This document shows, in pieces, positions 1-7,117 of a stretch of 64,000 nt of DNA (position 1 is the first letter of the stretch; the number at the start of each line of letters is the position of its first letter). Source of the stretch: a virus (lineage: Duplodnaviria > Heunggongvirae > Uroviricota > Caudoviricetes); IMG/VR virus record IMGVR_UViG_3300026980_000004; one strand, given 5' to 3'. Under the pieces are notes generated by a model. That model ran no database searches, had not been told where the DNA came from, and saw nothing but the letters and a program-made list of their open reading frames with translations. Position numbers and translations under genes: made by a program.

Positions 1-98
1 ACAACACCAAATAAAACCAATAGCCTGTCTTTTGCTTCTTGCTTGCTTATTTCGTGTTTACAAAGTTCATCTATAATTGAGTCTATTTTCTTTTCCAT
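1..98 (-). CDS. Cassette protein, partial (MEKKIDSIIDELCKHEISKQEAKDRLLVLFGVV...)
   Basis: Hand-translated. ATG at 98 lies in the first hairpin loop, the GTT core is in frame, and the ORF runs off the window. Confidence 0.6.
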   Translation of the reverse strand, partial: MEKKIDSIIDELCKHEISKQEAKDRLLVLFGV

Positions 99-125
99 AC
101 GGCTACTGTTTTTATTTGTGGAACG

Positions 126-386
126 TTAGCAACCATGTAAGATAACAAACTCCTGCCAAGGCTGTAACTGTTTCGCAAAGTCAACCGCTTTCTTTGCCTC
201 TTTATAACTTTTGAATGGTTCTACAAAGTGAATTGCAAAATCCACATCAATTAACCATGATTCTGGGGCAGTTTCCATGCTTTCAAGTCGTTTGAATTTA
301 CGGAAAACCCAATAAACACGGTTGCTAACAACAAACATACTTAATGCCTGTTGTAGTGCGTTTTTGAACATTTTTACTATTTTCAT
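126..386 (-). CDS. Cassette hypothetical protein
   Basis: Starts in the loop of site 329..446; its stop is the TTA of the GTTA core at 125. Confidence 0.7.
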   Translation of the reverse strand: MKIVKMFKNALQQALSMFVVSNRVYWVFRKFKRLESMETAPESWLIDVDFAIHFVEPFKSYKEAKKAVDFAKQLQPWQEFVILHGC

Positions 387-458
387 AATTCTACTATTTT
401 GATTGTTAGTTACTATTTAATCAGGCACTAAGCATGTTTGCAGCCGTTATAGCCAATG

Positions 459-680
459 CTAAGAAACTACATCCTTACCAAATTTCGGTAAAGACAACAA
501 CTCGAAGCGTTTTATTAATTCTGACAAAATCATATCGGTATCGTCTAATCTTGGTGGAACGGTCATAGTAAAACTTGCACCACCTGTTGAACATAATTTA
601 CTCAATGCTGATTGAGCTTTTTCGGCTAATTTTAAATTTGGAATTGCTTCGAGTTGTTTTTGAAATTCTTCGTGTGTCAT
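459..680 (-). CDS. Cassette hypothetical protein (MTHEEFQKQL...)
   Basis: ORF track; the likely ATG at 680 lies within the cassette body. Confidence 0.7.
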   Translation of the reverse strand: MTHEEFQKQLEAIPNLKLAEKAQSALSKLCSTGGASFTMTVPPRLDDTDMILSELIKRFELLSLPKFGKDVVS

Positions 681-830
681 AATTATTGATTTAAGAAGCA
701 CTGGCTATAACAGCATATACCCAAAAGAGGGGTTTTAGTGCTGAAATGAACGTCTGTGCTTCGGTTAATATTCATTGTTAATTGATAGTTTAGTGTTTCA
801 AAATCCCCTCCTTCGGGTATATGCAAACCG

Positions 831-1037
831 TTACCCACCATTTATTTGAACAGGTAATCCATTATCAATCACAAATTCAGGGCAAATACTTTTTTTAGTA
901 TATCTGCATAATTCATTGTTCCAAACTTTCCATTTAACACGTTTCGATAATCCTAATGTTTCCACAGCTTCCTCGATTGAAGAAAAAATGGTGGGTAACA
1001 CAGGGTATAGTTCATTGCTTTGTTCTTGCTTATTCAT
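831..1037 (-). CDS. Cassette hypothetical protein
   Basis: Starts in the hairpin loop and stops at the GTTA core; the core is read in a different frame (VLPT). Confidence 0.65.
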   Translation of the reverse strand: MNKQEQSNELYPVLPTIFSSIEEAVETLGLSKRVKWKVWNNELCRYTKKSICPEFVIDNGLPVQINGG

Positions 1038-1118
1038 ACTGTATTTCTTTTAATTTAAGTTCGTTTTAATTTGATAGGGCAGTGTTTCAATCACGCAACG
1101 AAACCATACCCAAGTCCG

Positions 1119-1328
1119 TTAGCAACCATACTCATTAAGTATATCTGCTACTAACATCCTAAGTTTTTTATTAAACGTACCTATTTTGGCAAGTTGGTGT
1201 TTATCCATGAAATTATGCAATCGTTCCGCAACATCTTGTGAAGTTTCTGTAAATGTACGGTTGCTAACATCGGCTATAAAATCATTGCCTTGTTCGTGCT
1301 TATCCAAAGTTTTTGTTTCTTTACTCAT
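1119..1328 (-). CDS. Cassette hypothetical protein (MSKETKT...FIADVSNR...)
   Basis: Starts in the loop, crosses the arm and stops at the GTTA core. Confidence 0.7.
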   Translation of the reverse strand: MSKETKTLDKHEQGNDFIADVSNRTFTETSQDVAERLHNFMDKHQLAKIGTFNKKLRMLVADILNEYGC

Positions 1329-1402
1329 GTCGTTTCTATTTTGAAAGTTCAAGCGTTTTTATCGGCAACGCTTCATAGCCTTGTTCGTTATAAAACATAA
1401 AA

Positions 1403-1585
1403 TTATTTGATTAATGCTTGTAATGTTTCAATAACTTCTCTTACTTGTTCGTTATTTAATTCGCAATACGAAATTACTTTTTTACCATTAAATACATTAT
1501 ATGTGGCTATTGAAACAATACCATGTAATGTATCTATTTCCAAATTTTCTTCTCCTTGTGCGTTATTTATTACCAATTTAGCCAT
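1403..1585 (-). CDS. Cassette hypothetical protein
   Basis: ORF lies entirely within cassette body 1387-1604. Confidence 0.65.
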   Translation of the reverse strand: MAKLVINNAQGEENLEIDTLHGIVSIATYNVFNGKKVISYCELNNEQVREVIETLQALIK

Positions 1586-1714
1586 AATTTTACGATTTTA
1601 TAACAACAAATATAAAACATTTATTTCAGTTTTCCAAATTTATTGTTGTGTTTTTTATTTATATTTTGTTTTTCAATTAAACTTTTCGTTATAAACGTTT
1701 TATATTTGCAACCG

Positions 1715-1927
1715 TTACCAGCAATGCTTGTGAACCCAATAGCTTTCTTGTACCGTGCAAACAGTATCTGGTATAAATACGTGCATCACACCCTTTTGCT
1801 CTTCAAGTTGTTTATAGCTTAGGAATTTTCCGCAATGTTTGCACTTACGCCACGATTGAGAAGCACTGCTGCTAACAGCACCTATACCCAATTGGGCGGT
1901 TTCATTGTTTTTTGAAGTTTCTTCCAT
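1715..1927 (-). CDS. Cassette small Cys/His-containing (possible Zn-binding) protein
   Basis: CKHCG and HKHC motifs; arm peptide LGIGAVSSS. Confidence 0.65.
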   Translation of the reverse strand: MEETSKNNETAQLGIGAVSSSASQSWRKCKHCGKFLSYKQLEEQKGVMHVFIPDTVCTVQESYWVHKHCW

Positions 1928-1996
1928 TTTATTAAGTTTTATCTGTTATTGAAAATTTGTTCATTTAATTGCCCAACTGGGCATAGCTGCAACACG

Positions 1997-2215
1997 TTAT
2001 GCGTAATGCTGTGAAATCCTTAACCATTTTTCATCTTCATACTGCTTCTTGCCATCACAATCAATCAAATACCAACCTTGTTCATCAAAGTAAGCCTTTG
2101 TGCTGTAAGTAGCATAACTCATTTCACTATCTGGTATATCAAAGTACAAACTACGCATAACATCGGCTATACTCAACGCCTTACCTTCTGCGTTAAATAA
2201 TCCTGTCTTTTCCAT
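1997..2215 (-). CDS. Cassette hypothetical protein
   Basis: MEKTGLF...ALSIADVMRS; stop at the GTTA core. Confidence 0.7.
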   Translation of the reverse strand: MEKTGLFNAEGKALSIADVMRSLYFDIPDSEMSYATYSTKAYFDEQGWYLIDCDGKKQYEDEKWLRISQHYA

Positions 2216-2296
2216 ATCAAATTTTGTTTTTAAAATTAGCTTAGTCTTTAAAAATTCGGCACTAAGCATAGCCGTGAACCGTTATGTATAATGTTT

Positions 2297-2566
2297 TTAC
2301 CCTTCCCAATCTCTATCAATATATGAAAGTTGTTCTTTTGTTTCTTCTATTGTTTTACCAATAAAATCTTCTAATTTACAACTATGTTCTTTTTCATAAT
2401 GTTTTATCCAATCATCAACACCAAAGACAACTTTCATTCTATCGTTATATTCTTTTCTAAAGGTTTCTATGTTATCAAAACTCAAAACACTATACATAAC
2501 CTCAGATATATGTAATTTTTCATTACTCTTATCTAAGTTTTGTTCTAAATTTTTACTTTCTTCCAT
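2297..2566 (-). CDS. Cassette hypothetical protein, paralog of 6777-6965
   Basis: The two share FGVxDWIKH...FIGKxIEE...IDRDWE. Confidence 0.75.
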   Translation of the reverse strand: MEESKNLEQNLDKSNEKLHISEVMYSVLSFDNIETFRKEYNDRMKVVFGVDDWIKHYEKEHSCKLEDFIGKTIEETKEQLSYIDRDWEG

Positions 2567-2619
2567 TTTATTAAATTTTGTGTTAAAACTACATATATCT
2601 GTAACCGTTAGTGGTAATG

Positions 2620-2844
2620 CTAAAACAACAAGTCAATAGTTTCCTTATCGTAATACCTTACCGTGTTTTTACTTCCGCAATTACCACATTCATCTTCAAA
2701 AGGAATATTGCACCCTTTCATTCCACAATCTTTACACCAAGTAAAAACACTATGTATGTTCTTACCAACAAGTTTTTGTTCCCAAGCACTACCGCTAACA
2801 AAGTATAAGCGTAATGCGTTTATCCATTTAATCAAGTTTTTCAT
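2620..2844 (-). CDS. Cassette Zn-ribbon-like protein
   Basis: CKDC...CGNC motifs. Confidence 0.7.
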   Translation of the reverse strand: MKNLIKWINALRLYFVSGSAWEQKLVGKNIHSVFTWCKDCGMKGCNIPFEDECGNCGSKNTVRYYDKETIDLLF

Positions 2845-2962
2845 ATATTTTAAGTTTCATTTTTTAAATTTAACCATGTGTAAGCACTACGCTTATACTC
2901 GACCGTTGTGGTGCATTAAAACGTACGCTTCGCCACCACAACACAGTATATAGGCAATAAGC

Positions 2963-3178
2963 CTACTTATTCCAGTGCTTTTTATAGCCCTCAATAAATT
3001 CCTTATCAAATTCACTTTTCCACCCGCATTTAGGGCAATTAAATTGTTCACCATCAAATTTGGTTCTCGGCCACCTTTCACCTTTAAGTGGGTAGCTTGT
3101 TCTTGGTTTACAAAGTTCATCACCGCAATACGGGCTATAACCTTGTCTTGTCATTAAATTATCTCTTACAATACTCAT
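2963..3178 (-). CDS. Zn-ribbon-like protein encoded wholly inside a hairpin loop
   Basis: YCGDELC...CPKCG; lies between the arms at about 2943-2966 and 3198-3225. Confidence 0.75.
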   Translation of the reverse strand: MSIVRDNLMTRQGYSPYCGDELCKPRTSYPLKGERWPRTKFDGEQFNCPKCGWKSEFDKEFIEGYKKHWNK

Positions 3179-3236
3179 AGTTTCGTTCTTTTAAGTCGTA
3201 GGCTTACAGCCCATATACTCGGCACGTTAGTGTCAA

Positions 3237-3413
3237 TTATTTTGTCCAACAATGCCAACAATCATTACATACAAGTTTTGTATCATCCCAAAAGTTCGTT
3301 CTTATTTCAGATTTACCACAATTTGGACAAAATAACTGTTCGCTTCGCCCACTAACAACAGATATATTCAATTGTTTGTGTCTTTTAAATAAGTTTTTAA
3401 TAAATTTTATCAT
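3237..3413 (-). CDS. Cassette Zn-ribbon-like protein, 58 aa (not in the ORF track)
   Basis: Hand-translated MIKFIKNLFKRHKQLNISVVSGRSEQLFCPNCG...CNDCWHCWTK; shares GRSEQL with 4164-4394. Confidence 0.7.
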   Translation of the reverse strand: MIKFIKNLFKRHKQLNISVVSGRSEQLFCPNCGKSEIRTNFWDDTKLVCNDCWHCWTK

Positions 3414-3475
3414 TTGTATTTCAATTTAAGTTTGTATTCAACTGAATATATCTGCAACCGTTGTAGCACATACGC

Positions 3476-3685
3476 TCAATCTGTCCGTTCAAACAAAGGA
3501 ATGTAATGCGTGACCCACCCGTCTTTCAAACCAAATTTCACAGTCGAGCCTTGTTCCCATTGCCACCATTTTTTACCATCAAACCAAGCCTGCCCATCTT
3601 CATCAGTACCAGCAGGTGTTTTAGCCTTGCACTGAGTATTTGGTTTAGGTGGGTTTGAGCTTTCAATCCAATTTTCGTTATTCAT
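3476..3685 (-). CDS. Cassette protein, DUF551-like
   Basis: WIES..PP N-terminus and VTHYIPL C-terminus. Confidence 0.55.
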   Translation of the reverse strand: MNNENWIESSNPPKPNTQCKAKTPAGTDEDGQAWFDGKKWWQWEQGSTVKFGLKDGWVTHYIPLFERTD

Positions 3686-3794
3686 TTTCGTTCGCTTTAC
3701 GATGCTACAACAATGGGTATAGTGAATAGCCCATTGAAGGCATCAGGTTAATATTAAATTTTGTGGGTAGGGCTACTCACCATACCCGAAACCG

Positions 3795-4016
3795 TTATCC
3801 ACCATTTGACAACAACTTCTCATGGTCATTAATCGACCTTTGAAGAAATGCCATTTGGCTACTAACTTTTGCTTGAATATTGTAAACTGCACCCGAATCA
3901 AAGTTTAGTTGCTCATTATAATCTTTGAAGGTTTGCCAAAATTCTTCAAGTTCCATTAACTCTTCTTTTCTCTGCCCAATGTGCTTTTTGATATTTATGT
4001 CTTTCAAATCAATCAT
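3795..4016 (-). CDS. Cassette hypothetical protein (MIDLKD...)
   Basis: ORF track; likely ATG in the body; stop at the GTTA core. Confidence 0.65.
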   Translation of the reverse strand: MIDLKDINIKKHIGQRKEELMELEEFWQTFKDYNEQLNFDSGAVYNIQAKVSSQMAFLQRSINDHEKLLSNGG

Positions 4017-4163
4017 AATAAAAACGGTGGCTAACAAAGTATATAGCACATAGCCTGTCAGCCATTTTTGAAACTATGTGCGGTTGTTAAATTATCTTCT
4101 CTTTTTTTTTAGGTCTGTGAGTGGCTACGTGCCATATACAAACCGTTGTAGGCAATTAGTTTG

Positions 4164-4394
4164 CTACTCTTCTACGTTTCTATCACACTGTAAGCATTGC
4201 CCGAAGTATATTTCTTTGTCAGTTAATTTGTTGCCACATTCGCAAACTAACTGTTCGCTTCGCCCTACAACATCGTGTATGCGTAAGGCTTGAAGTATCT
4301 TTTTAGCCTCAAACACTCTTCCTCTTTGAAAATCCGTTTGAGGGTACTTAAAATACTCAATCGTGTGTTCAAGTTGTCTTATTATTTCTTCCAT
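4164..4394 (-). CDS. Cassette protein with C-terminal Zn ribbon
   Basis: ALRIHDVVGRSEQLVCECG...CLQC. Confidence 0.7.
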   Translation of the reverse strand: MEEIIRQLEHTIEYFKYPQTDFQRGRVFEAKKILQALRIHDVVGRSEQLVCECGNKLTDKEIYFGQCLQCDRNVEE

Positions 4395-4445
4395 TGTATC
4401 AGAGTTTTTTTGTTAATAAATCACCCTACGCATACACGAGGAACG

Positions 4446-4745
4446 TTAGCCGTAATTTTGAAGAAGCTCCCGTAAAGCATCCTTATTACTTACAGCTATA
4501 TCATTTCTTTGCTCCCCATCTAAAAACCAAGTCCAAAATTCAGTAGCATTTATCGTTATCCTACCTTTTTTGTAATAGTATTGTGCAGGTCGCATACTAC
4601 TAATACTTATATATCCAGTACCTAACATCAACCGCTTTTCAAATCCAAGTTCAACCAAGTCCTCTTCGGATAAAAAACTACGGCTAACAACAGGTATATT
4701 TAATGCCTGTGTTTCTGCGTTATTTAAGTTCTGTTCTTTTTTCAT
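4446..4745 (-). CDS. Cassette hypothetical protein
   Basis: MKKEQNL...ALNIPVVSRS; stop at the GTTA core. Confidence 0.7.
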   Translation of the reverse strand: MKKEQNLNNAETQALNIPVVSRSFLSEEDLVELGFEKRLMLGTGYISISSMRPAQYYYKKGRITINATEFWTWFLDGEQRNDIAVSNKDALRELLQNYG

Positions 4746-4856
4746 CGTTATCTCTATTTTTAAAGTTATTGCTATTAAATCAGGCACTAAACATACCCAA
4801 ACCGTTGTAGCACATTAAAACGATGCTACAACAATGTATATAACACATACACTCGC

Positions 4857-5057
4857 TTATGTAGGCTCTTTTAATTCCGCCCAATGTGTTGGCAATAAAC
4901 TCAGTCGATAGTCTCTTGTCGGTACTACTGCAAAAGTTCCGTCCGTCCATTTAATCACACCAATATCCCAAACGTTAAAGTGTTTATTCCATCTCGCACC
5001 GAGTATTCGTGTTCCATCTTTGGGCGGGGTTTGTTCTTTAATTGAAATCCATTCCAT
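4857..5057 (-). CDS. DUF551-like protein encoded wholly inside a hairpin loop
   Basis: MEWISIKEQTPP...THWAEL pattern; lies between AAC 4832 and GTT 5112. Confidence 0.7.
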   Translation of the reverse strand: MEWISIKEQTPPKDGTRILGARWNKHFNVWDIGVIKWTDGTFAVVPTRDYRLSLLPTHWAELKEPT

Positions 5058-5112
5058 TTTATTAAATTTTAGTTGTTAAAATCGCTCGTTTTACGTGTCA
5101 TATACTTTGCCG

Positions 5113-5412
5113 TTAGGCAACATTAGCTTCGTACTTTAAATACGAGGGCTTTATATCGTAATTTTTACCTTTGTATTCTACATTTACATATCTACCTTCA
5201 AAGTTCGCCCAGCAGTAATTAACCTTTACTATTGTGTTAACTGGTATTGATTCTTTAGGGTTCTTTTCAAAATAGTGTATATCTGCCATACAAACAGCCC
5301 TCTCAGTTACTACTAACTTGTTTCCTTTTTCGCATACATATAGTCCGTTTTGTATTTCAATTGCTGTTTTATTTTCGTAGTGGTGTCCAAGCAATTTAAT
5401 TTGTTCAATCAT
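5113..5412 (-). CDS. Cassette hypothetical protein
   Basis: ORF track; ATG in the body; stop at the GTTA core. Confidence 0.65.
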   Translation of the reverse strand: MIEQIKLLGHHYENKTAIEIQNGLYVCEKGNKLVVTERAVCMADIHYFEKNPKESIPVNTIVKVNYCWANFEGRYVNVEYKGKNYDIKPSYLKYEANVA

Positions 5413-5557
5413 AATAACGTTGCCTAACAAAGTATAAAAACAAAAGCTATTATTAGGCTGTTTATAAGGCTTTTGCTTGTTAATTAATATAGTTTCTTTA
5501 CTCTAAGTTTTTGCGTACTTACACGCTTCAATTTTTATACAAACCGTTAAGGCGAAT

Positions 5558-5755
5558 TTAATACTCGCCCATTTGTCCCCTCATTTTTTCTTCAAAACAG
5601 TCGTTACATTCGTAGCAACCTTCAAAATTCCAATTCTCATCATACATTTTGTGTTTTTCACCTGTTTTTTCTTCACCACAAACATCGCATAAAAAACTCG
5701 CCTTAACACTATGTATAGTGCATGGCTGCTCGGTTTTTGAATGTTTTGTACTCAT
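5558..5755 (-). CDS. Cassette Zn-ribbon-like protein
   Basis: CDVC...CNDC motifs. Confidence 0.7.
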   Translation of the reverse strand: MSTKHSKTEQPCTIHSVKASFLCDVCGEEKTGEKHKMYDENWNFEGCYECNDCFEEKMRGQMGEY

Positions 5756-5827
5756 ATTTAATTTTATTTAAGTTTTGGAACTATGTGGCTTTGTTCGGAG
5801 GCAGCCACGTCACCATACATTTTAACG

Positions 5828-6148
5828 TTACCCAACATTTAAGTTAGGCAACTTTGATTCTATGTGAAATTTCGGACTAATCTGCTTCCCTCTCTGCTCA
5901 AGCCAACTGTAACAATCCAATCCTACTTGTTGCCTTATCAATCGAATACCACGCCATCGCAGCTTACCTTTGGTTATTTCGCCTTTGATAGGGGGTTCTG
6001 CCATAGTTCGTAAAGCAGTTGTAAATAGTTCTTCTTCCAGCCTGCGAACTTCATCAAATAAACGTTGGGTAACATTGGCTATATTTAATGCCAAGTCCTC
6101 GTCAACTTGAAAGTTCGGGTGTTCAATTCTTTTTAGTTCATATTTCAT
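5828..6148 (-). CDS. Cassette hypothetical protein
   Basis: Arm peptide ALNIANVTQR; stop at the GTTA core. Confidence 0.7.
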   Translation of the reverse strand: MKYELKRIEHPNFQVDEDLALNIANVTQRLFDEVRRLEEELFTTALRTMAEPPIKGEITKGKLRWRGIRLIRQQVGLDCYSWLEQRGKQISPKFHIESKLPNLNVG

Positions 6149-6190
6149 AATTATCGTTTTTTAAGTTGGCACTAAACATAGCCGTAGCCG

Positions 6191-6400
6191 TTATACGCAA
6201 TGCTTTGAAACATATCGGTCAGCGTGTTTTTCAAGTTTATCACTATTGTAATGTGAACCTAATGATTCGCCATCTAAAGCTGCTTGTAGTTGGTCGATAA
6301 CACGCTGTTCATAACCTGCCTTATAAGCATTGCGTATAACATCGGCTATATTCAATGCCGATTTTTCAACCTCATTCAAGTTTTCGTTTTCTTTACTCAT
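6191..6400 (-). CDS. Cassette hypothetical protein
   Basis: Arm peptide ALNIADVIRN; stop at the GTTA core. Confidence 0.7.
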   Translation of the reverse strand: MSKENENLNEVEKSALNIADVIRNAYKAGYEQRVIDQLQAALDGESLGSHYNSDKLEKHADRYVSKHCV

Positions 6401-6466
6401 TCTATCTGTTATTTAAAGTTTTTACTATTTAATACGCCACTAAATATAGCCGAGAGCCGTTGTAAA

Positions 6467-6715
6467 TCATTTGCCATCAAAAGTTTGGTTGCATTTTTGG
6501 CAGATGTCTAAATCCGAAGTGAACATTATTAGTTTACAGTCTTTACCATTAGGGCAAACGTCACTATCGTTATTTACAACATTGGCTATAAATAATGCTT
6601 TATCAGCAATAGCCTTTAACCTTTTTATTCTTTGCATCTTCGTTTCAGATGTAGGCTTTATTCCATATTTAGATATTTTCTCTAAAGCCTTTTTGTATGT
6701 TTCTAATTCAGTCAT
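6467..6715 (-). CDS. Cassette protein with C-terminal Cys cluster
   Basis: ALFIANVVNN...CPNGKDC...CQKC. Confidence 0.7.
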   Translation of the reverse strand: MTELETYKKALEKISKYGIKPTSETKMQRIKRLKAIADKALFIANVVNNDSDVCPNGKDCKLIMFTSDLDICQKCNQTFDGK

Positions 6716-6776
6716 TGTATTAAGTTTTGTATATATTAAGTCGCACTATTCATAGCCTTTACCGTTATGGGTAATA

Positions 6777-6965
6777 TTATTCCTCCCAATCCCTGTCTAT
6801 GTGTGAAATTACTTTTTCAACTTCTTCAATATCTTTTCCTATGAAGTCAGTTAAATTATATTTAGAATGTTTTATCCAATCATTCACACCAAAAAGTAAT
6901 TTCATTTTACAGTTGAATCTGTTTTTAAATTCTTCTAAATTATCTAATGTTAAAATACTACCCAT
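6777..6965 (-). CDS. Terminal cassette protein, paralog of 2297-2566
   Basis: The likely start is the ATG in GTTATGGGT. The longer ORF-track N-terminus overlaps another ORF. Confidence 0.6.
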   Translation of the reverse strand: MGSILTLDNLEEFKNRFNCKMKLLFGVNDWIKHSKYNLTDFIGKDIEEVEKVISHIDRDWEE

Positions 6966-6988
6966 AACAACAAATATATGTAATAAAA

Positions 6989-7117
6989 TTAAAATATCAA
7001 ATACCCAATCAAAATCCCAAAAAGAATTAATCCAATACCAATGGAAATAATAACCACACATCCATAATTCTTTTTGGGTGTTCCGTCTAAATTATAATCT
7101 TCTATTCCATCAAACAT
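6989..7117 (-). CDS. Small membrane protein, 42 aa (MFDGIEDYNLDGTPKKNYGCVVIISIGIGLILFGILIGYLIF)
   Basis: Hand-translated; one hydrophobic segment; abuts the array boundary. Confidence 0.55.
   Translation of the reverse strand: MFDGIEDYNLDGTPKKNYGCVVIISIGIGLILFGILIGYLIF

Larger units (their letters stand above)
1..6990. mobile_element. Integron-like gene cassette array (22 attC-like hairpin sites plus a terminal half-site; truncated at the left edge)
   Basis: Hairpin sites, given as last base of AAC..first base of GTT: 5..125, 329..446, 711..830, 999..1118, 1268..1387, 1604..1714, 1876..1996, 2161..2281, 2500..2607, 2799..2905, 2942..3226, 3356..3460, 3711..3794, 4035..4145, 4271..4445, 4688..4804, 4832..5112, 5428..5546, 5707..5827, 6073..6190, 6340..6459, 6580..6764; half-site at 6968. 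Each body starts GTTN4-12 and ends with the reverse complement, e.g. GTTAGCAACC(125)/GGTTGCTAAC(320-329) and GTTATACGCAATGCT(6190)/AGCATTGCGTATAAC(6326-6340). The region looks less AT-rich than its flank. Confidence 0.85.

Noticed and set aside
1-6990. CRISPR array, or plain rho-independent terminators
   Set aside because: The repeats are not identical, the units are mostly 250-360 bp and protein-coding, and the hairpins lack U-tracts and contain start codons.
6966-7061. N-terminal extension MCGYYFHWYW... of ORF 6777-7061
   Set aside because: It overlaps a more plausible 42-aa ORF in another frame (7117-6989), and homology to the paralog starts only at the arm.
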